Below are positions 54,083 to 64,000 of a stretch of DNA of 64,000 nucleotides, piece after piece. The translations under genes and the position numbers were made by a program. How positions within the stretch are numbered: position 1 is the first letter of the stretch; each line of letters starts with the position of its first letter. Origin of the DNA: Octopus vulgaris (lineage: Eukaryota); the NCBI GenBank assembly GCA_951406725.2, contig OX597829.1, positions 10,416,001 to 10,480,000 on the forward strand, given 5' to 3'. Under the pieces are notes generated by a model. The model did no database searches and was not told the DNA's origin. It saw nothing but the letters and a program-made list of their open reading frames with translations.

Positions 54083-55949
54083 CAGGTAGGCAGACAAACA
54101 GACAGACAGACAGACATCAGACAGACAGACAGACAGATAGATAGATAGATAGATAGATAGACAGGTAGGCAGACAAGCAGACATACAGACAAATAGATAC
54201 ATACATAATACATACTCACATGCATACATACATACATACATACATACATACATACATACATACATACATACATACACACATACATACATACATACATACA
54301 TGCAAGCATGCATATAAGGAGCATGAAGGATTAGAGGGCAAAGAAAAGTAGGATGAGAAGGATAGAGTGATAGAATGAGAAAGGGAGGTGGTTGGAAGGA
54401 GGAGGATGATGTGTGTGGATGGTGGTTAGAGGCAAATGAAAAGGAGAATGAGGTGGGGGGGTTGGTTGCTGTAGTTGTTGTTATGGTGATGCTGGTGGTG
54501 GTTGTAGTGTTGGTGGTGGTGGGAAAATATTTGAAGAGAAGAGGGAATAAGAGTAAAAGCGTTAAAACGAAGAAAGATGTGTGAAATAGGAAGAGAATTT
54601 TAAGAGCCAAGAGAGGTAGAGAGAGAGAGAGAGAAAGAGTGAGAGGGGCATATGAGTGAGAGGGTTAATATGAAGAAAGTGGAAGATAGGGAGGAGATGG
54701 AGAGAGAAGAGGGTGAGGGTAGGAGAAATGTAAGAACAAAGATAGAAGTAAATGGTGGATGAAGTGTGAAGGAGGCCAGGGCTGAGAGTGACAGTGTGTG
54801 AAGAATGGGTAGAGGGCGAAGAGAGAGAATAAAGGGAAAAATGGCGGAGATTCGTTAGGAGGAGGCGGAGGAGGGGTTAAGACAGTTGGGAATTAGGAAA
54901 GACAAAAGTGAAACAGAAAGTGACGATTGAAAGGATGGGAGAAAGACAAGAACTAATGACAGAAAGAAAGAAACAAACAAACAAACAAACAAACAAAGAA
55001 AAATAAAAGGAGGAAGAAAGAAAGAAGCACAGGAAGACAATAGAGAAATGAAGAAAGGGACTATAGAGGAGAGCAAGTGATAGAAAAAGAGACAGAAAGA
55101 ATTGAAGAAAGGTAGAAAGAAAGAAACAAAGGAAGACAGAAAGAAAGAATAAAGGGTGTTTGAATGAATGAATGTATGTGTGTGTGTATGTATGTATGTA
55201 TGAATGTATGTAGGACGGGTGTTGTGAGTAGGGATAAGGAGTAAAACGAAAAGCATGAATATTAAGGTGGTTTGTGTTTGATAGTTGGTGGATAAAGAAG
55301 TGGTCAGGGATAGGAGAGTGGAATGTCAGTGCTAAAGAGACAGACAGTCAGATATAAATACTGTCTGTCTAATACTGACTAACTGACTAACTGACGCAAG
55401 CACAGGTAGACTGATTGACGGACAGATAGGTAGACAAACTGACAGAGAGAGAGGAGGAGGCGGGGGGAGACTGGTATGCAAACGTCATAGATATAGAAAA
55501 ACTAACAAAGTGAAAAGCTTAGGATTTGTATTTTATTTTATATCTACGCGTAAGACTAAATTTAGATGTAATAGAGAATATATACGTGTGCATACATGCA
55601 GAAACGTGTATATATTTGTGTATGTGTGTATATGTGTGAATGTGCATATAGTACATATGTCTGTGTCTGTGTTGTGTGTGTGTGTCTGCGTGCGTAATTG
55701 GTCGTGTGATTAAACCTGTATATACGTCTATATGTGTATGTCCTACACAAACATACATGTATATATATAATGCTCCTTATAAGTTACCTCCCGTGTCTGT
55801 AAATTTGTTTCGAGATCCCGTACAGATTCGTGCCATCTTTTATATTCTCTTCCAAAATGGAGACGAGTACCCGCATTTCTATGTGGTACGCTTCAACAAT
55901 TGTAAAGATTTCTTTGCATGAAACCATACCCTTGTAAGCTACAATATAA

Positions 55950-55982
<33 letters not shown>

Positions 55983-57543
55983 TGTATGTATGTATGATGG
56001 ATGGATGGATGGATATCAGGTTGTTTACAAGTGCTACTAATAATATTTAGTCTGGTACGATTTGTTGTGTGATCTTTTCATCGGTGACTAAATCGGATGC
56101 CTCTTAAGTGTTACCTGGTAAGAATAGTAGCCGCAAAGCAGCAGAACGAAAAACAATAAGTTTATCTTTAGGTTTAGGCCTTGCTGAAACTGAGTTGGCT
56201 CATAGTCAACTGAAAGAGTTGTAAACAACCTTAAATTAGGCTAGAAGGTGCATGTTATTGCGTCTCAAAAATTCTTGTTTCATAAAAGTGGGTATCACAT
56301 TAAAATACTAGTGATCAATTCTCGTTGAGTAAATATCCTTGGTTTCTGCATCAAAACAATCCTGTTAGGCACAAGACCACAAGAGAACAATGCACGGGAA
56401 AACAGGCTTAACTGACAGCACAATGCCTGCAGAAATTATTTGAAATGGTAATTGTTTTCAGTAGCAATACTCAACCAGCGATTTTTTGAAGTTTTATTAT
56501 ACAACTGCACTGAAAGTCCTCCGGAATACAGTTCAGTCTTTCGTCGATGCCTAGATTCTCTCAGCGACGTTCTCCCCTGCGTCTAATAATCTAAAGCATA
56601 CAAAGGTTGCCTGCCTAAAGTCTGCATCGGAAGGTTTATAGAGAATGTGAAGCTGACAACATTTTAGATGTGAGATGCCCAATCTCGATAGACGAACTTT
56701 AGCTCTGTCAAGAAAAAAAAAAAAGAACGAACTGAAGGAAGGCGAGTTCGTCTTACTGTCCAGGAAACTCATCAGATGCAGCTTATTCATGCATATAATT
56801 TAATTATGTCTAAGTATTATTCACGCAATCGTTTGTCATCGCTTACATGTTGAACATAGAAATTCGGGAAGTTCGGTTTTCGGGGTAAATCAAAGATCAC
56901 CTGCAGCACACTATAGGTTCCGTTCAACTCGCAACTTGTACATTATCAAGAGCAAATATTTATAGATACTAAAAGTAGTCCTAACGGGAATTTGAGGAGA
57001 GTTGATCGATGTCTTTTCCCATCGTCGCTATGTGTTTGGTACTACACACCCCATCAGCTCAGAATTGTTCTGTCGAAGAACCGAAACGTTTTATTTAATA
57101 TTTTTCTTTTCTGATTTCTAAAGAATGTCACTGACTTAACAGCCTCGCATCCCTAGATTTAGATATGGTGGTTATCAACGTTACCACTTACACCTTTTTC
57201 TTTGAGACTTCTCGCATGCAGATCTTCCAATCGGTTCGGTTGGGGCGGAAAGGCAGAGATGCTTATGAAAGATTTCCATCATGAGGAACATGTGATCTTC
57301 AGAGACTCAGGTGTTCACGTTTGATTTAGAGACAAGGTCCACTCCTAAATGTGATGTCTGTATTTTCATTAAATTTGGATTAGATTATGTTTTAGAATTA
57401 TTTACCTTCCATATTATGTTACATTTAAATAGCTTGGAAAGAACTTTTATCTTCAAATTACAAGGATCAACTCGTTTAATAGAAATTATTCAACTTAATA
57501 TATTGCACATCTGAGATCACATTGCTTAAATATGTTCAGCCAC

Positions 57544-57660
57544 TGATAGAAGGAAAACAGAATTGATAGAACGAAAACAGAATTGATAGAAGGAAAACAG
57601 AATTGACAGAAGGAAAACAGAATTGATAGAAGGAAAACAGAATTGATAGAAGGAAAACAG
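57544..57660. repeat. 20-bp minisatellite (TGATAGAAGGAAAACAGAAT) x ~6
   Basis: Directly visible with two point variants. Confidence 0.92.
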
Positions 57661-57734
57661 GACTACCCCAGTGTGTTCATGGTCAATTCCATTGCAACAA
57701 AATAAAACTAAAATATGCAATAAGAAAAGCGTAA

Positions 57735-57920
57735 TGGTAAAGTCAACCCCGGCGGCATTTGAATTAATGATAATATATATTGATACAAATTCTGCCGAAG
57801 TTACTTTGCCTTTCCTCCTTTCAGGATCGGTAAAATAAGTACCTGTCTCGCATTGGGGTCAATGTAATCGACTAGCGTCCCCCACCAACATTTCAGGCGT
57901 TGTGCTTCTTGTAAAAAGGA
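57735..57920. mobile_element. Decayed Meta-domain SINE pieces (short inverted piece plus plus-strand body)
   Basis: CAAATTCTGCCGAAGTTACTTTGCCTTTCCTCCTTTCAGGATCGGTAAAATAAGTACC. Confidence 0.6.
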
Positions 57921-58024
57921 ATATATTGATACGACAGGTAACATAATTTATAGATCAGCGGTAAGATCGGAAACACGAACTCTGAGTAACAGTTTTTGTG
58001 ATAGTTTTGCTGCTTTTTGATCAA

Positions 58025-58131
<107 letters not shown>

Positions 58132-58145
58132 GTATATATATATGT

Positions 58146-58602
58146 ATAGCTAACTTAAGGCGATGGCCTCATGGAGCTAATAAGCGGACAGCTTTATTCT
58201 TATTTTTATAAGAATGCCATATTAGTATGGCGATAACTATTATTTTCCAGGAACGCTGCCGTGATCTCTTTTAGAGAGACTTAGTAATTTTAATATTTCT
58301 ATTATTGAAAACAAGTGAATGTATTCCACCGAAGCTAGGTAAATAAAACCTTCGAACAGAGATTGTCGGAAGCGACACCTACTGGTCTGACTACGCTACA
58401 TTGAAAAGGGGCAATACCCCGAAACGCGTCTGTAGCTGTCGGTCAAGTAGTGTGGAGCGATTGACCTCCCTTGTTCGAAGGTTATATAGATACAGTTTGT
58501 GTATCAAATAGCTAACTTAAGGCGATGGCCTCATGGAGCTAATAAGTGGACAGCTTTATTCTTATTTTTATAAGAATGCCATATTAGTATGGCGATAACT
58601 AT

Positions 58603-58605
<3 letters not shown>
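58146..58605 (+). mobile_element. Retrozyme-like non-autonomous element: 362-bp unit plus 98-bp terminal redundancy, one HHR
   Basis: Direct repeats 58146-58243 and 58508-58605 (one mismatch); no plausible coding capacity; HHR at 58395-58436; (TA)-rich tracts on both sides. Confidence 0.75.
58395..58436 (+). ncRNA. Type I hammerhead ribozyme with U3:A8 core
   Basis: GCTACA-TTGAAAA-GGGG(caata)CCCC-GAAA-CGCG-TC^TGTAGC; perfect 6-bp stem I, GUC cleavage triplet. Confidence 0.85.
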
Positions 58606-58700
<95 letters not shown>

Positions 58701-58745
58701 AAACAAGTCAAAATAGAAAATGCTAAAATAATTTTATAAAGAACA

Positions 58746-58789
58746 TTTCAGTACCGTTTTCGGTCATTTTGAGACCTTTTCAACTGTAA
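58746..58789 (-). ncRNA. U3:A8 hammerhead in the inverted PLE terminal repeat, stem III mutated
   Basis: CAG-TTGAAAA-GGTC(tcaaaat)GACC-GAAA-ACGG-TA-CTG. Confidence 0.7.
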
Positions 58790-59409
58790 CGATTAAATAA
58801 TTAAATTTAGAAAAATTAGAAGAAAAGTTTTTTTAAAGGAATATTTGTATAGTAGTGTTCAAATATAAGTGGCATTCTGCCTTTCTCTGACTCCCTTGTT
58901 TGCACTTGTGTGTTCGAGGTCGTTGTGAATTCTTGGTAGGGTAGAAGAAGAAGAAGGCTGAAGAGGAGAGGGGGTGGAAAGATTTGGGAGTGCCTTGATT
59001 GTTGTATTTTGAATGGTCAGTGACGGCTAGCAGTTGCAGTTCAATTCAGGAGAATATTTCTATTGAGAGATTTGTTTATGGAATTTGCGTAGGTGTTTTA
59101 CTAAAAAGCATTAGTGATAAAGTTAAGAGGTAGAAGGTGGAGCAGAAGAAGAAGAAGAAGAAGAAGATGACGATGTTGATGATGATGATGATGATGAAGA
59201 AGAAGAAGAAGAAGAAGAAGAAGAAGAAGAAGAAGGAGAAGGAGAAGAAGAAGATGATGATGATGATGATGGTGGTGATGATGATGACGATGATGATGAT
59301 AATGATTTTGATGAAGAAGAAGAGGAAGAAGAAGAAAACAGAGAAGGGAGAATATGAATGGGTGAAAGTAGTGAGGTGTTGTATGACTTGAAGTTGGCAT
59401 GTTATGAAC

Positions 59410-59839
59410 CCTACGATACAGACTGATCTCTAGATATCCTATGACTAGGTTGGCAAAGGAGGGGGAGCATTCGTGTACCCATCGCAGTCGCCGATTTTTG
59501 TCGGTAGAAGTTGTCGTTGAAGGCGAAGAAGTTATTTTCCAGGATGAATTTAACCCCTTCTATCACGAATTCGTTTTTGATGCGATGTGGTAGTTCGTTG
59601 GCGTGATTCTCTAGCCAGAATTGGATTGCCTCTAGTCCTAGGTTGTGGGGGATATTGGAGTAGAGGTTGACTACATCGAAGGATACCAGTATGGTGTTTT
59701 TGTTTATAGTATTCGGTAGGTGATTGAGCATATCCAAGTCGTCCCTTATATAGCTTTTGACATGTTTGAGGAGTGGTTTTAACAGGGTGTCTAAAAAGTT
59801 ACTGAGGCGGTGGGTTTCGCATGCGGGACCTGCTATTAT
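59410..59839 (-). pseudogene. PLE RT fragment of the inverted copy
   Basis: IIAGPACETHRLSNFLD..LKP..SYIRD, LVSFDVVNLYSNIP, ILENNFFAFN, TAMGT; ends at an internal deletion. Confidence 0.88.
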
Positions 59840-61113
59840 GGGTTAAATTCATCCTGGAAAATAACTTCTTCGCCTTCAATGACAACTTCTACCGACAGAA
59901 ATCGGCGACTGCGATGGGTACACGAAATGCCCCCTCCTTTGCCAACCTAGTCATAGGATATCTAGAGATCAGTCTGTATCGTAGGCTTCTAGAAAGATAT
60001 GGCAGCCCTTTCTCCATCTACATAGAAAACAACTGGAAGAGATATCTAGATGACTGTTTCATCCTTTGGCATGAAAATATTGAGAAACTCATAGAATTCC
60101 AAGAAATTTTAAACGGACTGGACGTAAACATCCAATTCACGATGGAATACAGCCAGCAACAACCCCCCTTCCTCGATATCCTCATTAAGAAAGCTAATAA
60201 TGTAATAGAAACAGACATATATTATAAACCTACAGACTCTAAGCAATATCTTCCATTCAATTCATGCCACCCCAGACACACCAGGATGAATATCCCCTTC
60301 AATCTAGCAAAAAGGATATGCACTATAGTCTCTAATGCAAACACCAGAGACTCACGACTACAAGAACTAAAAGATACCCTTATCACCAGGAACTATCCAC
60401 CTTCACTTATTGACAAGTGCATTCAACTTGCACTTCAACTTAACATCAAGGAACTGAGACATCCCAAATCAAAGAAAAACTTACTACCAAAAGCCTTACC
60501 ATACATCTCCATACACAACCCTCTCAATAACGAAGCCTTCAGCACCATCCTCCACAACATACCCCTCCTAAAAAAAGACCACAAAATGAACACAATCCTC
60601 CAAACACACACGATCATAAAAAGCAAGAGACAGCCTAGATCCATGAAAAGTCTCCTAACACAAGCCCGAATTCACTCTTCAACACAGAAGCCGACAGTAA
60701 AAAAATGTGGAAGACCCAATTGCGGGATATGCGACTATCTAATTGAGGGATCAGAGTTCTCCTTCAAACAGGGACAACGGTTCACAGTGAAAAGCAACTT
60801 CACATGTGTTTCGGAGAACCTAATATACTCACTAACCTGCTCCGGGTGTCAAGAGCAGTACGTAGGCCAAACAAAAAATAGTTTGCGTAAAAGAATGGCC
60901 CTGCACAGATCCCAGATAAAAATTCCCCAAAACAGAAAAATAGCTTTCAGCCAACACATAGATACTTGCGCCAACAACAAAACACCAGGCTTCAGGATTT
61001 TCCCCCTCTACCAATTTAGGGACGATACAACCTCGAGACAACGAATAAGTAAAGAAACTCTCTTTATTACAAAATACAGGCCACTTCTTAACGGATCTAC
61101 GACAAACGATTAA
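59840..61113 (+). CDS. PLE ORF C-terminal ~420 aa, open but 5'-truncated: RT palm/thumb, Cys linker, GIY-YIG endonuclease
   Basis: AMGT..APSFANL, WKRYLDD, FLDI, YYKPT, SCHP, KCGRPNCGIC, NLIYSLTCSGC..QYVGQT, R..H, E..FI, LN; the ATG at 59821 comes from the inverted copy and is not a native start. Confidence 0.88.
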
Positions 61114-61813
61114 TATACCTCAACTTTAGAATAAAAGAAATACACACACAAATATTACATTCCAAAGAATCCATTACTAATCAGCCCCAATCACAGCTAT
61201 AATCCATAACATGCCAACTTCAAGTCATACAACACCTCACTACTTTCACCCATTCATATTCTCCCTTCTCTGTTTTCTTCTTCTTCCTCTTCTTCTTCAT
61301 CATCATCATTATCATCATCATCGTCATCATCATCACCACCATCATCATCATCATCTTCTTCTTCTCCTTCTCCTTCTTCTTCTTCTTCTTCTTCTTCTTC
61401 TTCTTCATCATCATCATCATCATCAACATCGTCATCTTCTTTCTTCTTCTTCTTCTTCTTCTGCTCCACCTTCTACCTCTTAACTTTATCACTAATGATT
61501 TTTAGTAAAACACCTACGCAAATTCCATAAACAAATCTCTCAATAGAAATATTCTCCTGAATTGAACTGCAACTGCTAGCCGTCACTGACCATTCAAAAT
61601 ACAACAATCAAGGCACTCCCAAATCTTTCCACCCCCTCTCCTCTTCAGCCTTCTTCTTCTACCCTACCAAGAATTCACAACGACCTCGAACACACAAGTG
61701 CAAACAAGGGAGTCAGAGAAAGGCAGAATGCCACTTATATTTGAACACTACTATACAAATATTCCTTTAAAAAAACTTTTCTTCTAATTTTTCTAAATTT
61801 AATTATTTAATCG

Positions 61814-61857
61814 TTACAGTTGAAAAGGTCTCAAAATGACCGAAACCGGTACTGAAA
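61814..61857 (+). ncRNA. U3:A8 hammerhead in the PLE 3' terminal repeat
   Basis: CAG-TTGAAAA-GGTC(tcaaaat)GACC-GAAA-CCGG-TA^CTG; palindromic stem III. Confidence 0.8.
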
Positions 61858-61935
61858 TGTTCTTTATAAAATTATTTTAGCATTTTCTATTTTGACTTGT
61901 TTTTTTATATATATCAACTCGTGTGTTCCTTTTCA

Positions 61936-61986
<51 letters not shown>

Positions 61987-62009
61987 TGTATGTTTGTATA
62001 TATTATATA

Positions 62010-62170
62010 TTATTCAAATTCCGTCGAGGTCGACTTTGCCTTTCATCCTTTCGGGGTCGATAAATTAAGTACCAGTTACTCACTGGGATCGATGTAATCG
62101 ACTTAATCCGTTTGTCTGTCCTTGTTTGTCCCCTCTATGTTTAGCCCCTTGTGGGTAGTAAAGAAATATA
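62010..62170 (+). mobile_element. Meta-domain SINE, 5'-truncated
   Basis: Near-identical to 29153-29308. Confidence 0.8.
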
Positions 62171-62204
62171 TATTATATATTATATATTATATATTATATT
62201 TTAT

Positions 62205-62566
62205 CAAAAAATAGTTTGCGTAAAAGAATGGCCCTGCACAGATCCCAGATAAAAATTCCCCAAAACAGAAAAATAGCTTTCAGCCAACACATAGATACTT
62301 GCGCCAACAACAAAACACCAGGCTTCAGGATTTTCCCCCTCTACCAATTTAGGGACGATACAACCTCTTGGTAGGGTAGAAGAAGAAGAAGGCTGAAGAG
62401 GAGAGGGGGTGGAAAGATTTGGAAGTGCCTTGGTTGTTGTATTTTGAATGGTCAGTGACGGCTAGCAGTTGCAGTTCAATTCAGGAGAATATTTCTATTG
62501 AGAGATTTGTTTATGGAATTTGCGTAGGTGTTTTACTAAAAAGCATTAGTGATAAAGTTAAGAGGT
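62205..62566. mobile_element. Third rearranged fragment of the same Neptune PLE
   Basis: 62205-62346 copies ~60873-61034 (+); ~62347-62566 copies ~58933-59132, i.e. the 3'UTR in inverted orientation. Confidence 0.85.
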
Positions 62567-63432
62567 ACAAGGGGGAGCAGGTAGAAGCTGAAATGCGAAA
62601 AAGTTGGTTTCTTGGTTGTTTGTCTCATTTAAGAGGTGGTAGATGGAGTCGGATTGGCGCGAAATTTTACAGAGAGATGTAAAAAGAGACGAGAATGCAA
62701 CTGGACTAGGTTAGAAACCTCTATCTCAAAAGCTGTGGTTACTAGGGCAACAAAACCCAGACTTTGACAAGTGTTTGTCGTTTCTCTTTTTCGGATATCA
62801 CTCTGTCTTCCTCGATCTCTCTCTTTCCTTCCTTCCCTCCACATTCTCTCTATAACGACATTTGACACATTCCACCCTCATTCCCTCTCCGCCTTCGCCG
62901 TCTCTCTGTTACTCTTTCTCCCACTACCTCTCTCACTGTACTTCTGTCTGTATCTATAGAGAGAAAGCGTTAACAGCCGAAAAAGTTTTAATATTCCTGC
63001 CACAGGTCTTTTAGAACGGTGAATTATTATCGCCCACCACCACCGCACAATCATAACAGATATTACTAATCAGATATGTTCTGTTAATCAATATCTATAT
63101 AGCTGAAATGCGAAAAAGTTGTTTAATTTCTTGGTTATTTGTCTCATTTGGGGATGGGAACGGTTGAAGGGGCAGTAGATTGGGTCGGGTTGGTGCCAAA
63201 ATTTGCAAAATGGGGTGGGCAATAGTGTGAGGAGGGTTGCGAGTCGCTCGGGGCTACAGTCTGGTTGCCATGGTTAAAGTAGCTAGGGTTGTCTTTTTAC
63301 AAAAGTGAAAGGATTTTGTCTATTTATTTTGACAGTGATTAAATTGACGCGGAACACTGTACCAATTAAGCAACCTAAACCGTCCAAACAACGGGTGCGT
63401 TTGCTGGTATATAATATATTATATATATATAT

Positions 63433-63715
63433 GGAGGCGCAATGGCCCAGTGGTTAGGGCAGCGGACTCGCTGTCGGAGGATCGCGGTTTCGATTCCCAG
63501 ACCGGGCGTTGTGTGTGTTTATTGAGCGAAAACACCTAAAGCTCCACGAGGCTCAGGCAGGAGGTGGTGGCGACCCCAGTTGTACTCTTTCGCCTCAAAT
63601 TTCTCTCACTCTTTCTTCCTGTTTCTTGAGTACCGCTGCGATTGACTGGCGTTCCGTCCAGCAGGGAGGAATACACACGCCATAGAAACCGGGAAACCAG
63701 GCTTGAAAAAGGCGT

Positions 63716-63716
<1 letters not shown>
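63433..63716 (+). mobile_element. tRNA-derived SINE (third family)
   Basis: GGAGGCGCAATGGCCCAGTGGTTAGGG..GGTTTCGATTCCCAG head; tail CGTCCAGC..GAAACCGGGAAACC..GGCTTGAAAAAGG shared with 27705-27790. Confidence 0.82.
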
Positions 63717-63788
<72 letters not shown>

Positions 63789-64000
63789 GTATCCATATTT
63801 ATAAATATGTGTACATACATTCACGCTCACACACATACACAATATAACTGTTGTTAAACACCACTGCGGGCGTTAGAAACACCTACGTCGCTAGAAATTA
63901 GAGCTAAACGTTCTTATGTTGCAGTCAAAGCACATAATTGCATACATAATTGCAGACAGGGACCATAATAGCTCGAAAAGCAGCGGTCAAGATATTCTCA

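Larger units (their letters stand above)
58698..61905. mobile_element. Neptune-type Penelope-like element: two 5'-truncated copies joined head-to-head
   Basis: 58698-59406 is the reverse complement of 61205-61905; 59410-59556 mirrors 59840-59985; RT and GIY-YIG motifs; HHR near each outer end. Confidence 0.9.

Noticed and set aside
56740-56780. CTGATGAGTTT..AGACGAAC on the minus strand
   Set aside because: No GAAA-stem III-UH or stem I; likely chance.
57544-57660. Regular 20-bp repeats as a CRISPR-like array
   Set aside because: Contiguous units without unique spacers in a eukaryotic context; a minisatellite.
58163-58482. Pol III A/B boxes in the retrozyme-like unit
   Set aside because: The A-box match is imperfect and the B-box-like GTTCGAA is ~300 bp away and explained by stem pairing.
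59821-59839. ATG start of the 430-aa PLE ORF
   Set aside because: These codons are antisense sequence of the inverted copy; the native N-terminus is missing.
63433-63505. tRNA gene
   Set aside because: A/B boxes run into a repeated SINE body and no full cloverleaf is evident; the same applies to the other SINE heads.

Overview
AT-rich animal genomic DNA saturated with microsatellites. The tRNA-headed SINE families and (TA)/(CA)/(TACA)/(GATA) density point to Octopus (inference). I found no recognisable host protein-coding exon, and most listed ORFs are microsatellite read-through. The window is a nest of mobile DNA: three L1-clade Tx1-type retrotransposons, all abutting (GATA)n/(TATC)n tracts in the same orientation; RTE, CR1-group and R4/Dong-like LINE pieces; two Naiad-type and one Neptune-type Penelope-like elements (PLEs); three IS630-Tc1-mariner remnants (DD37E/TRT, DD41D-like, mariner); Helitron pieces; and many SINEs. 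The main hidden signal is RNA structure: about a dozen intact or decayed type I minimal hammerhead ribozyme (HHR) motifs, most with palindromic stem III. The best candidate for an undescribed system is a non-coding, highly structured 362-bp unit with 98-bp terminal redundancy (58146-58605). It looks like a retrozyme copied from a circular RNA and carries the uncommon U3:A8 core (UUGAAAA). It sits about 90 bp from a Neptune PLE whose own terminal repeats carry the same U3:A8 core. All calls were made by eye; no alignments, folding or database searches were run.
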